From assembly GCA_963674695.2 (NCBI GenBank), contig CAXXGI010000001.1, positions 672,001-736,000 on the forward strand: DNA of 64,000 bases, read 5' to 3'. The position numbers and the translations under genes were made by a program. Below are positions 19,214 through 29,029 of the stretch, one piece after another. This stretch comes from a bacterium (GTDB lineage: Bacteria; UBA10199; 2-02-FULL-44-16; JAAZCA01). The notes under the pieces were generated by a model. That model made no database searches and was not told the origin of the DNA. It worked only from the letters and a program-made list of their open reading frames with translations. Position 1 is the stretch's first letter. Each line of letters starts with the position of its first letter.

Positions 19214-20638
19214 TTAACCTCGATAGGCGTTGATGATGTCGTCGGCTGAGAGCGTTTCATCCAGCAGCCGATCGTCGGCGATGGCAAGCCAACGCTCGTT
19301 CGGCTTCCGATAACACAGCTTCTTGACGTTGATGAGGTGGCGCGCCGTAATATTTTCCGCCGTGATGTTTTTCCCCCCCGATCCACAGCCGAGCGTGAGC
19401 GAGGTGTGCAGCTGATTAAAGACACCGCCGACGCCCCCCTGTGAGGAGGGGGTGTTCACGACCACGCGTCCGGCGTCCATCAAGCGACCGAATGCGGAAA
19501 TCTTTTCCTCGTCGGTCGAATAGATACTCGCCGTATGTCCGATGCCACCGCGGTAGTTGAGCGCGATGCAGTGCTTGAGCGCGTCGTCGAAGTCATCGCA
19601 CTCGTACCAGGCCAAAATCGGCGCCAGGATTTCCCCGGAGAGCGGATCGTCCGCTCCGATCTTCTGCTGCGGTGCCATGAGACAGCGCGTCCCGTCCGGC
19701 ACCGTGATGCCGGCCAGCTCGGCAACCGCCGCAACGGAGCGGCCGACGATCTTCGGGCTCATGAGCCCCGTCTCCGGACGAATGACGACGGCCTCGAGCT
19801 TTTTCACGGCATCCGGGTCGAGGAAAAACGCGCCCTGCTTTTCAAAGGCGCTGCGCGCTTCGTCGGCGATCGCGCGCTCGACGACGATCGCCTGTTCGCT
19901 CGCGCAGACGGTTCCATTATCGAACGTCTTGGACAGCAGGATGTTCTCAACCGCGAAGGGAATGTCCGCCGAGCGCTCGATAAAAACGGGGACATTCCCG
20001 GAGCCCACGCCGATGGCGGGCGTGCCGGAGCTATACGCGGCCTTAACGAGCGAGGGGCCGCCGGTGGCCAGCACGAGCGCCGTGCGCGCATCCGACATGA
20101 GCGCATGCGTCAGCTCGCGCGAACTCTCCGGCACCCACTGGATGCAATCTTCGGGAGCATCCGCGGAGAGCGCCGCCTCATAGCAGATACGAGCCGCTTC
20201 GGTGGAACACTTCGGCGCACCGCGATGCGGCGAAAAGATGATGGGGTTCTGCGACTTGAGCGCAATGAGTGCCTTGAAGATGACGGTCGCGGTCGGGTTC
20301 GTCACCGGGATGACCGCGACGATCGGCCCGAGCGGCTGCGCGATTTCGACGATGCCGCGCTGTTCATCACGGGCGATGACGCCCACGGTCTTCTGATCGC
20401 GAATGTCCTCAAAGACGAGTTCGGCCGCCAGCGTGTTCTTGATGACCTTGTGCTGCCAGATGCCGATCCCCGTCTCCTCCACCGCCATGCGGGCGAGCTT
20501 GATGCGCGCATCGAGGGCGGCCCGGCAGACGGCTTCGACGATGCGATCCGTCTCCTCCTGATTCAGCTGGGAGAAGATACCGGCCGCGATCGATGCTCGT
20601 TCGAGAATTCCGTCTGCGATTTGCTGTGCGTCACCCAT
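19214..20638 (-). CDS. CoA-acylating aldehyde dehydrogenase (AdhE N-terminal/SucD-like)
   Basis: IPVTNP, LATGG, AYSSG, GVGSGN, SKTFDNGTVCASEQ, LTLGCG. Confidence 0.9.
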   Translation of the reverse strand: MGDAQQIADGILERASIAAGIFSQLNQEETDRIVEAVCRAALDARIKLARMAVEETGIGIWQHKVIKNTLAAELVFEDIRDQKTVGVIARDEQRGIVEIAQPLGPIVAVIPVTNPTATVIFKALIALKSQNPIIFSPHRGAPKCSTEAARICYEAALSADAPEDCIQWVPESSRELTHALMSDARTALVLATGGPSLVKAAYSSGTPAIGVGSGNVPVFIERSADIPFAVENILLSKTFDNGTVCASEQAIVVERAIADEARSAFEKQGAFFLDPDAVKKLEAVVIRPETGLMSPKIVGRSVAAVAELAGITVPDGTRCLMAPQQKIGADDPLSGEILAPILAWYECDDFDDALKHCIALNYRGGIGHTASIYSTDEEKISAFGRLMDAGRVVVNTPSSQGGVGGVFNQLHTSLTLGCGSGGKNITAENITARHLINVKKLCYRKPNERWLAIADDRLLDETLSADDIINAYRG

Positions 20639-20639
20639 G

Positions 20640-23015
20640 TCACTCCTCCACGCGTTTGATGAGCGTCAGTCGGTTTTCGTTTCCGACGCGCTCATAGTGG
20701 ATATCGTCCATCACCTGGCGAGCGAAATGAATGCCCAGCCCGCCGATCGGCCGATCCTTGGCGCTCTGTTCGAGGTCCGGCGTTTTTGCCTCAAGCGGAT
20801 TGAAGGGGCGACCGGTATCCGTCACCGCAATGGAAAGCGTTCCATCCTTGAGCAAAAAATCGATGGCGATCGTCGCCTCCTGCCCCTCTGTATACCCGAA
20901 CTGAATGGTGTTGGAAACCATCTCTTCGACGGCAAGGCACAGATCGTTGCGCACCTCGCGCGACCAGCCGCGGTGTTTTCCCCAGGCCTCTATCTCAACA
21001 GCGATCTGCGGAATGTCGTTGAGATCGTTGCGGAGGATCACGGAGCGGCTTTCCGTGTTCGAGCCGATGGAGGCCCGTGCCGCGCGGCGATCGAAGCGAA
21101 AGGCGAGCAAGGCGACATCGTCGGGCTGATGCCGGCCCGTCGCAAATTCCCGCACATCGTCGCAGAGCAGGGCGATCAGCTGCTCCGGATCCTTTCCACG
21201 CAATCGATCGAGCTCTTGCAGCAGCCGTTCCTCGGAGTAGATCTCGCCGGCGCGATTGACGATATCGGTGATGCCATCGGTATAGAGCAGCATCGTATCG
21301 CCATCGGCGAGCTGAATTTTGCGACGCGCGTAGGGAGCATCGCTGCGAATGCCAAGCGGGATGCCGACGCTCATCTCGAGCAGCTGTGCCGATGCCTCGC
21401 CGTGCAGCAGAATTGGCGGAGGATGACCCGCGCAGGCGAACTGGAGCATGCCGGAGGCAGTATCAAGGACGGCGCAGAAGACGGTGACGAACATGCCGGT
21501 CTGTTGCTTCGCGGTCAGCTCCCGATTGACCGCTGCGAGCAGGTCGTCGGGGTGCCGAACCGTTCGCGCCGCCGCCTTGAGCAGCGTGCTCGTGATCGCC
21601 ATGACGAGCGCGGCGTGCACGCCCTTATCGGCGACATCGGCGATGACGAAACAGAGGCGATTCTCGTCCAGGGGAAAGACGTCGTAGAGATCGCCCCCCA
21701 TCTCTCGGGCAGTCTGGAGAAATCCAGCGACGTGAACGGAGCGGTACGGTGCGATGGCCTCGAAGTCCTTGGGGATGATCCCCATCTGAATTTCGTGGGC
21801 TATCGCCAACTCGCTCGCGATGCGCTCCCGTTCGGCGGTGGCCCGGGTGAGCTTCGCGATGTAGGCGCGCAACTCGTCGCGCATGTGGTTGAAGGAGCGC
21901 GCGAGGCCTTCGACTTCGTCGCCGGAACGAATGTGCGGTATCTTCGCATCGAGATTGCCACGGGCAATTTCACGGGCGAGCTGAGAGAGGGAAACGAGCG
22001 GTCCGGTGATGCGCTTCGAAACGAACACCACCACGATGAAGAGAATCACGAGTCCTGCGATCGCCAGCGAGATGATCACGCGGCGCATCGCGTTGATTTC
22101 GGAGAGGATCCGATCCTGTTGAAAGACAGCGGCCACGGACCAGCCGTCGCTGCTGATCGGCGCGTAGAAGATCCAGGCGCGCTTCCCCGTAATGGGATCG
22201 TCGATATAGGCCTCGCCCGCCTGGCTCGCGGACATCTCTCGGGCGACCCGCGCCAAGGCATCGTCCTGCTGGGTTGCGGCCAAATCCGGCAGCGTCTCTT
22301 TCAGCGCAACGCCCTTCTCCGGAAAGGTGATGATAAGCCCGTCGTTCGAGACGAGCATGGCATAGGCGCCCCACGTGAGCTTCCGCCCGGAGACCATCTT
22401 CTGCATCTTCGCGATCGAGATATCCGCGGCGATCACGCCTTGAAAAATCTCTCGTCCATCGACCGTACGCGAGAAGGGCTGGGCGTATCGCAGGACCGGC
22501 GGGTGTTCTCCCGCGGGATCCTGAAGGGGTTCGCTCACGAAATTGGCGTTTTTTGTTTTCGGAATCTGAAACCAAGCCTTCGAAAGGACGTCAGCCTCCA
22601 AATCCTTCGGTGCTCCGAATACGATCTGACCATCCTGGCGAGAGCAGGAGATCACGAGGGGGGCAGCAGCCTCCGTCAGGTCGTCGGGGTCGAAGGCGAT
22701 GATGAGCCGAACGATCTCGGGGTTGTTCTGCACGACGGCACCGAGCATGGCCTGAATGTTGTCTCGCTCGCCAGGAGCGTTGGTGAGGTAGAACTCGAGC
22801 GCCTTCGGCGTCTGCTGCAGATAACTGAAGGAGTCGTCGATGTCCTCGATGATCGCTTCGACGGTGAATCGACCGATCTGGGAGATGTCCTTGAAGACGA
22901 TTCGACGGGTGAGCAGGTAGTTGACGAGGAAGATGGCGACGAAGATGAGCGCCGTGCTCGAAAGAATCGAGACGATCAGCTTGAAGGTCAGACCCCGATT
23001 ACGCCAGGTGAACAT
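20640..23015 (-). CDS. Cache-HAMP-SpoIIE phosphatase fused to RsbW-like HATPase
   Basis: Two TMs, HAMP, GGDLYD, ADVADKG, YTDG, DD; then EEMVSN, DTGRPFNP, GGLG. Confidence 0.9.
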   Translation of the reverse strand: MFTWRNRGLTFKLIVSILSSTALIFVAIFLVNYLLTRRIVFKDISQIGRFTVEAIIEDIDDSFSYLQQTPKALEFYLTNAPGERDNIQAMLGAVVQNNPEIVRLIIAFDPDDLTEAAAPLVISCSRQDGQIVFGAPKDLEADVLSKAWFQIPKTKNANFVSEPLQDPAGEHPPVLRYAQPFSRTVDGREIFQGVIAADISIAKMQKMVSGRKLTWGAYAMLVSNDGLIITFPEKGVALKETLPDLAATQQDDALARVAREMSASQAGEAYIDDPITGKRAWIFYAPISSDGWSVAAVFQQDRILSEINAMRRVIISLAIAGLVILFIVVVFVSKRITGPLVSLSQLAREIARGNLDAKIPHIRSGDEVEGLARSFNHMRDELRAYIAKLTRATAERERIASELAIAHEIQMGIIPKDFEAIAPYRSVHVAGFLQTAREMGGDLYDVFPLDENRLCFVIADVADKGVHAALVMAITSTLLKAAARTVRHPDDLLAAVNRELTAKQQTGMFVTVFCAVLDTASGMLQFACAGHPPPILLHGEASAQLLEMSVGIPLGIRSDAPYARRKIQLADGDTMLLYTDGITDIVNRAGEIYSEERLLQELDRLRGKDPEQLIALLCDDVREFATGRHQPDDVALLAFRFDRRAARASIGSNTESRSVILRNDLNDIPQIAVEIEAWGKHRGWSREVRNDLCLAVEEMVSNTIQFGYTEGQEATIAIDFLLKDGTLSIAVTDTGRPFNPLEAKTPDLEQSAKDRPIGGLGIHFARQVMDDIHYERVGNENRLTLIKRVEE

Positions 23016-23167
23016 GCGCCTCCCCCGTGAGCGGCAAGAGTACCGGGAGAGGGTGCCGACAACAACTGGTTTCTTGAGAGAGCGGCAAACCATGAGATAA
23101 ACACATCAGACACAGCAAATGACGGCGGTGGGTGGTGAATGGTTTGATTCGGAAGCATCACCTGCCC

Positions 23168-26100
23168 CTATTCACCTTTGGGAAGGGGTGCGGAGATGAT
23201 GACGCGGTTGGTGGAATCGCTTGTGTCCGGATGCCCCATAAGGTGATCGTGACCGGCGCCATCGCGATAGGTGGCCATGTCGTACATTCCGGTATCCATA
23301 TACAGCGCCTTTTTCACCCCTGCGGCGAGCGAGAGGCGCACCAGGTCTGCTGTGGTCATGCTCTGACTCGAATCGATCACGCCGAAGCGCCCATCGTCGT
23401 ATTCGACAAAAAAGCGCCGTGACGTACGACCGTCATCGGGAATGAGGTGCACCTCTTCATCGTTGATCAGCAGCATCGTGGACAGCAGGCTCAATCGCTT
23501 TTCGCGCAGAATTCCGATGAAGAGCGATTTGTCCCGTATATTGGAGAAGGGCTGAAGCGTCGCGCTCAGCACCTCATCAAGAGTTTTCATGTTGGCGCGC
23601 TTGCCGTTGAGCCACTTCAAGCACAGCGACTTGATGTGCTCGTCTTCCAGATCCGCCTTATCCAGGAGCATGGATAGTTTCACCGCACGTTTATCAAGAA
23701 TGCGTACCTGCCCATCTCTCCTCACGAGCAGCAATCCATCCTTCCCATCAGCGGTGAGCAACCAATTCATCTGCTTGCCATCGCGAAACGCAAATTCGGT
23801 CAGCTTGCGATTGCCGGTGGTAAAGGTCATCGGTGCGGAAAAAACATAGCGATTCCCGAGCTCAGCAATCGCGCCTTCCGTGTCGACCAATCCGTCGCGC
23901 TCCACCAGCACACCGACACGGGCGTGCGCGCGATCGCACTTGATCACCTTCGCAACTTCGAGGGAGCCGCGCATCACGCTCATGACCTCCACGCCCGGAC
24001 GCGACGGCCACTGCGCAACTTCAAACCGCACCTGTGAGGCAGCAGCGATCGTGTCGGTCTGGTCGTCGAGCTTTTTCTGCGCCGCACGGGAAAGCGCATA
24101 TTGCGGATGACTGATGATGCGATTGGCGAACTTCGCTGCATCACTGGGTCGACGATAAACGGGCAAGTTGCGGGCCTGCAATTCGGCCAACAGATCATCC
24201 AAAATAATGCCCTGCAACGCCAGTTCATCAGCAAATTGTTGTTCATCCTGTTTGAGCCCTCGGCGAACGCGTTCGGCGATCATGGAATATCCAAACTGTG
24301 CATATTGCTGGTAGAGCCCCTGCACATCTTGCTGGACATAGATGCCATTTGAAAGAGACCATGCACGCGAAAAATTCAACAGCTCACCGATTGACTTGGG
24401 ATGTTTATGATCGCTTTCGAGATACGACGTTCCGATACTGTCGACGACCTCATCGCCCATAACCTTGTTGCGCATATTGATCGAGACGCGCATCGCTTCC
24501 AATGCGCCGATGTCCATCATCAATTCGGAATTACCGCCTTTGAGAAAAATCTCCGCCAGATCGATCTCATAAAAACGGTTGTTCATATATCGCGTCGCCG
24601 CGAGGTTTCCGTATTCCTTCATCAGCCGTACCAACTCCAGATAGTCGCCGAGCGTTCCGAGATCGCCTAAATGTGTCACCGATATCTCTTCCACGTCCAA
24701 CTGCCCGGCCAACCACATGATCTCCGATTCATAGTCGTTTAGCTTTGGCACCTCTTCAAAAACATCAACCAGGTCAGCGCGCAACGACACCGGCGCAAGC
24801 ACGGGTGCATCATCATGGGCGTCATCGGCTTTTTGCCGATACGTGTGCGCATCGAGCAATACCTTCAAAAGCGCTGTGACCTCTGAGAGATTGTTTTGGG
24901 TCACATCGATGCGACCGGTGCGCACACTGACCCAGGGCTTGAGTGTCCGAGCAACCGCTCCACGCTTTTGCATTTCCTTCAACAAAATGCGTTCAAAGAG
25001 CATCTTTCGAAACTTTGGGCTGACAGCGTTGGCAAAGGCATAGACCTTCTGAGCCTGGCTGGCGATGGAAAGCCCCTGAAGCTGCTGTGCCGCTTTGTCG
25101 AAACGCACCTCCTTGAAGAAAGCTTCCGATTCGCTGGCATACTGGCTATCGAGCCCACGAAAGAATGCGGCATAGACTTCACGTTTGGAAAGATCGATAT
25201 CGCGCAGATCCGCACCGTCGCGCGGATCCTCGACAAAATCCCTCCAGGTCGTTTCTTCCTCCTTCACGTTAAGCCACCACAGACGAAAAGCAGAGCAGCC
25301 AACGAGCTCGAGAAAGGGCAGATAGGGAATAAGCTCCACCTTTGCGACCGAAGCATGCGCGACAAAGCGCTTGACGATCGGCGAGTAGGGAACGTTTTGC
25401 AGTGCCTTGAGAATTGTTGTCGCGGTTGCAAGATCGGTGGATGCAAAGACCTCTTCCACGAGTTCTGGGCGCTGCTCGAAGAGCTGACGAGGAATAGCGT
25501 CAATGCTCTTCAGGAGCTTTTTCAGGTACGCGATGCCAGCACAGTTATCGGATTCTTCCTGCTCGAATATGATGCGCACCAAGCGGGCCACTCGCTTCGG
25601 GTCTGCTGCATAGAGCTCATATTCACGCAGGAGCACCATGAGCATGCGTGCGATCATCTCCTTGCGTTCATCGCCGGCAAGGGTGCGGTCGAGGGAGAAC
25701 AGGCAATTGGAGATAATGTCGCTTGCACTGCGCGTTTCCGGGTCGGCATAGTCCGGATGGTTTTCGCTGTGACGTTCACAGCATGCGCTTTGTCGAGGCA
25801 GCATGCCGACGAGTTCGTTTGCGAGCGCGAGCGCGCTCTCAAGATGTTCGATGTCCGGCGTGACAGTGCCACCTGCGGCCCGACTTCCGAAGAGGATGCC
25901 GGAAAGCGTGGCTACGTCGCGGACATCGTTCATACCATTTGCGAGCGAAAAGAAGATGTCCGCACGACGGCGAAGCTCTTCAGGGCTTCCCTTGGCGCCC
26001 CCCAGGTTATAATAGGTGTTATCGCCAATGCCCAGCCTCTTGGAAAACGCACTGAGGGAACTATCCTCCGCCCACAACGCGGCACCAAAGCGATCCAGAA

Positions 26101-27430
26101 GCGCTTCAAAATCCTGCTCATGCCCCGCGATCACTGTTGAATGGGGAAAATAGTGCAGCACAAGCGCCCAGTTTTTCGTTCCAAAGAAATCATGATCGAT
26201 GCTGTCGACGAAATTGGGATTATTCTCCCAGTGCATCCTGCGCAGGCGATAGATGAGAGGCCGATGCGTAAGATAATTGTCGAGTTCTTCTTCCGTAGTA
26301 ATGCGTATAAAGCGTGGCTCCTCGAAAAGCTCCAAAACCTCCTTGGCGGAAAAACTTTCAAAGAAGGCGAGCATCTTTTCCGGTGCCAAATCGATGAGTT
26401 CGTGCACATGCGGGGGCACACCCTTCTGCCACAGCGTCTCGGCAATCAGCAGGGCCTGTTGTTTTTCATCGAACAGAGAAACGTCGGAGATGCGACTCAT
26501 CCGTACAGGTTCGATCTGTGAATAATCCTCACACACGCCCCGCTCAACGTCCTGATGCAGCCGAATGATAAAATCGATCTGTTCGCCGGAATACAGCACC
26601 CGCTCGGTGAAGGCACGGATCTGCTCAACATCATCCATCTTCGCGACTCGGTCGAAGTAAAAGCGCAGCCGCTTCTGAAAAGCTGCTTCATCATCATCCA
26701 GTTTCCAATCCCGTATGGCATTGCTTCCGTTTAATCGTTGTTTCCGAAACCGACACAGCATCATCTCGATGCTTTTTCCACGAGAGCCAGATTCACCCTT
26801 CGGACGGGAGAAAAAATCAGCCCCCAAGCGCTGCATCACGTTGAGGTAATCACCCTGAAAGTGCTGCAACATCCTGTTGCCCGGAACGTGATAGAAGAGG
26901 TGTCGCGTCCATTCGTAATCGACATGTCGTTGGCGAGCAGCTTCGCCATCTGTATCGAATATGCCTTCCTGAACCTGAACCCCTTTGATGAAGCCCTGCT
27001 TGGCCCTCTCAAGCAGATCGGTATTATCCAGGACCGCATCGAGATCGGCGCGCCCTTGAATGCGCAGCTGGCAGAGCTGAAAGATCTCTTCATCGCCGAA
27101 GTGGTCGAAGAGTTGCGTAAAGCGTTCCGGGTGTTGTGTGATGAGCGCACGTAATTTCTGAGAGATGAAATCATAGTTTGATTTAAACAGCTTTTCGATG
27201 CGAGCGAGCGTTTGGCGTGCAAGCTGCCTGCGCTGCGCTTTCGAGAGACGAACAGCGGGCGCATTTTCGAGCGAAGGCATTCTGCATGCAGCAAGCAGCT
27301 CGGCACAGGCTTGCCGATCCGGCGAACAAGCAGGGGCATTGGACTGATCGCACAGCTCGACACAGGCATCCTCCGCATACGGCGAGGGACACCACGGGAT
27401 CTGCGCACGGTTTTTGACCTCTGATGCCAT
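23168..27430 (-). CDS. 1420-aa hypothetical protein, possible C-terminal phosphodiester-glycosidase (NAGPA)-like domain
   Basis: Long uninterrupted ORF; Cys-rich N-terminus; C-terminal RRFFV..MTTADL..GVKKALYMDTG resembles NAGPA-family motifs (domain call tentative). Confidence 0.75.
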   Translation of the reverse strand: MASEVKNRAQIPWCPSPYAEDACVELCDQSNAPACSPDRQACAELLAACRMPSLENAPAVRLSKAQRRQLARQTLARIEKLFKSNYDFISQKLRALITQHPERFTQLFDHFGDEEIFQLCQLRIQGRADLDAVLDNTDLLERAKQGFIKGVQVQEGIFDTDGEAARQRHVDYEWTRHLFYHVPGNRMLQHFQGDYLNVMQRLGADFFSRPKGESGSRGKSIEMMLCRFRKQRLNGSNAIRDWKLDDDEAAFQKRLRFYFDRVAKMDDVEQIRAFTERVLYSGEQIDFIIRLHQDVERGVCEDYSQIEPVRMSRISDVSLFDEKQQALLIAETLWQKGVPPHVHELIDLAPEKMLAFFESFSAKEVLELFEEPRFIRITTEEELDNYLTHRPLIYRLRRMHWENNPNFVDSIDHDFFGTKNWALVLHYFPHSTVIAGHEQDFEALLDRFGAALWAEDSSLSAFSKRLGIGDNTYYNLGGAKGSPEELRRRADIFFSLANGMNDVRDVATLSGILFGSRAAGGTVTPDIEHLESALALANELVGMLPRQSACCERHSENHPDYADPETRSASDIISNCLFSLDRTLAGDERKEMIARMLMVLLREYELYAADPKRVARLVRIIFEQEESDNCAGIAYLKKLLKSIDAIPRQLFEQRPELVEEVFASTDLATATTILKALQNVPYSPIVKRFVAHASVAKVELIPYLPFLELVGCSAFRLWWLNVKEEETTWRDFVEDPRDGADLRDIDLSKREVYAAFFRGLDSQYASESEAFFKEVRFDKAAQQLQGLSIASQAQKVYAFANAVSPKFRKMLFERILLKEMQKRGAVARTLKPWVSVRTGRIDVTQNNLSEVTALLKVLLDAHTYRQKADDAHDDAPVLAPVSLRADLVDVFEEVPKLNDYESEIMWLAGQLDVEEISVTHLGDLGTLGDYLELVRLMKEYGNLAATRYMNNRFYEIDLAEIFLKGGNSELMMDIGALEAMRVSINMRNKVMGDEVVDSIGTSYLESDHKHPKSIGELLNFSRAWSLSNGIYVQQDVQGLYQQYAQFGYSMIAERVRRGLKQDEQQFADELALQGIILDDLLAELQARNLPVYRRPSDAAKFANRIISHPQYALSRAAQKKLDDQTDTIAAASQVRFEVAQWPSRPGVEVMSVMRGSLEVAKVIKCDRAHARVGVLVERDGLVDTEGAIAELGNRYVFSAPMTFTTGNRKLTEFAFRDGKQMNWLLTADGKDGLLLVRRDGQVRILDKRAVKLSMLLDKADLEDEHIKSLCLKWLNGKRANMKTLDEVLSATLQPFSNIRDKSLFIGILREKRLSLLSTMLLINDEEVHLIPDDGRTSRRFFVEYDDGRFGVIDSSQSMTTADLVRLSLAAGVKKALYMDTGMYDMATYRDGAGHDHLMGHPDTSDSTNRVIISAPLPKGE

Positions 27431-27450
27431 AGCGATAATCTCTGAGAGTA

Positions 27451-27477
27451 TTATCGGTCGAGATCGCCGAAAGTTGT
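27451..27477 (-). promoter_or_regulatory. Possible sigma-28 (FliA) promoter
   Basis: ACAA-N15-ACCGATAA 20 nt upstream of ATG 27430; consensus TAAA-N15-GCCGATAA. Confidence 0.35.
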
Positions 27478-27663
27478 GTCATTACGTTGTTTTATTTATG
27501 AGAAATCGAAGCGTGCAAAATCGCGTAACCACTCAATTATGAAGAGGTTATTCACTCTCCCTCCATTTTCATTTCGGGAAAGCGACACTTCATTCATGGC
27601 TCGAATGCGTGTAGGCCAAACTCGACAGGAAATGGATGGCTTCGTCTGATGGGCGGAATAACA

Positions 27664-27692
27664 AAGGGGCCACCATAAAACGGTGACCCCTT
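27664..27692 (-). terminator. Intrinsic terminator
   Basis: Near-perfect AAGGGG.CACC / GGTG.CCCCTT stem downstream of 27725..28126. Confidence 0.5.
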
Positions 27693-27724
27693 CGTTATTC
27701 GTGCCTGATGATTCGGAATGCCAA

Positions 27725-28126
27725 CTACTTCACCGAGAAAAGGACCCGCTCCGTCTTCCCACCGTAGACGATGTTCATCAGATAGAGCCCCTTGGCGAGG
27801 TCCTTCTTGCTCATGGTCTGATCGAGCTTGAAATGATCGGTTCCGGAAACCAGGATCACCTCCGCCTTGTCGCCGGCCTTCACCGCACCCGTCTCGGTCG
27901 CCGGAAAGATATTGGCGGTGATGCTCTCCTGTTTGCCCGGCACCTGCACCAGCGCGTCCGGAGCCACCGAGGTAGCAAGCTTGAAGAGGCTCGGCATTGT
28001 CCTATCGAGCGTCATGCCTGCAATCTGCGTCTCGGCAACCGGCGGCAACGGTTTCGAACAGCCAAACCCGACACCAACACTCACAACAATGGCCACGGCG
28101 ATGAAAGCGATGAGCTGCTTCTTCAT
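27725..28126 (-). CDS. Lipoprotein of unknown function
   Basis: MKKQLIAF..VGFGC lipobox; AAAGGGGGG RBS. Confidence 0.75.
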   Translation of the reverse strand: MKKQLIAFIAVAIVVSVGVGFGCSKPLPPVAETQIAGMTLDRTMPSLFKLATSVAPDALVQVPGKQESITANIFPATETGAVKAGDKAEVILVSGTDHFKLDQTMSKKDLAKGLYLMNIVYGGKTERVLFSVK

Positions 28127-28320
28127 GGGACCCCCCTTTGGTGAAATGCACTTTATGCTGCGAAAATAGGAAGAAATCCCCCGAATAGCAAGGGCGATAC
28201 GTATTCCGTTTGGAAACACCTCGCCTCGTCCGCTGGAAACTGCCGGAAATACCATTGATTGTCAGCTTTGCATTATATCCGAGCCGGTATAGACTCGCCG
28301 AACGAATTGGAGCTGAGGCC

Positions 28321-28683
28321 ATGGAAAATGTTGCCGTCGTGGGCGCAAGTCCCAAAGAAGAACGATATTCCCATAAAGCCATTCTTTTTCTTGAAGAAAA
28401 GGGGCACAATCCCATACCCGTAAACAAGAGATACGATGAAATACTCGGGAGGAAAAGCTATCCCCGCATCTCCGATGTCCCTGAAAAAATCGATACCGTG
28501 ACAATGTACATCGAAGCAGCCAATCAGAATGCGATCATCGATGAAATAGTCGTGCTGTTGCCCAACAGGGTCATTTTCAATCCCGGAGCGGAGAATCCGG
28601 AGGCCTATGATCGCATCCGGGAGGCGGGAATTACAGTTACAGAGGCATGCACGCTCGTCCTGCTCAAAACCGATCAATTTTAA
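28321..28683 (+). CDS. CoA-binding protein (YccU-like)
   Basis: VAVVGASPK..RYS, IPVN, VIFNPGAEN, EACTLV. Confidence 0.9.
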   Translation: MENVAVVGASPKEERYSHKAILFLEEKGHNPIPVNKRYDEILGRKSYPRISDVPEKIDTVTMYIEAANQNAIIDEIVVLLPNRVIFNPGAENPEAYDRIREAGITVTEACTLVLLKTDQF

Positions 28684-28858
28684 ATCCCGAGAAGTCGGGA
28701 ATGACAGAATAGGCTCCCTTCAGGACACGATAAACGATTGGGCCACCCCGTCCGGGGCTGCAAAAAAGTTTCGGGATACGCGATGCGAACCAGATACCGA
28801 AACCCGATACGTGATATTCTATAACATACTGATATATAATGTATAAAAGTGTGCCTGA

Positions 28859-29024
28859 GGTTCGATCGGTTCGGTATTCCTCAAATCATCGGTTGCCGCC
28901 ATCCGCATCTCTGTTATACTCATATCGAACCACAGGGAAGGTTCGATGGGGGATAAATTATTTCAGCTTTAAAACCATACGGTTATGAAGTTTGCTCATA
29001 AATGATGGTTCGATAGGTTCGGTA
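28859..29024. repeat. GGTTCGAT direct and inverted repeats upstream of fic
   Basis: GGTTCGATnGGTTCGGTA at 28859 and 29007; ATCGAACC-N8-GGTTCGAT at 28924-28947. Confidence 0.45.
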
Positions 29025-29029
29025 AATAC

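Noticed and set aside
125-23030. Long overlapping ORFs such as 125..964, 6761..8176, 12166..13311 and 20637..23030
   Set aside because: Antisense or frame shadows of GC-rich genes with no motifs
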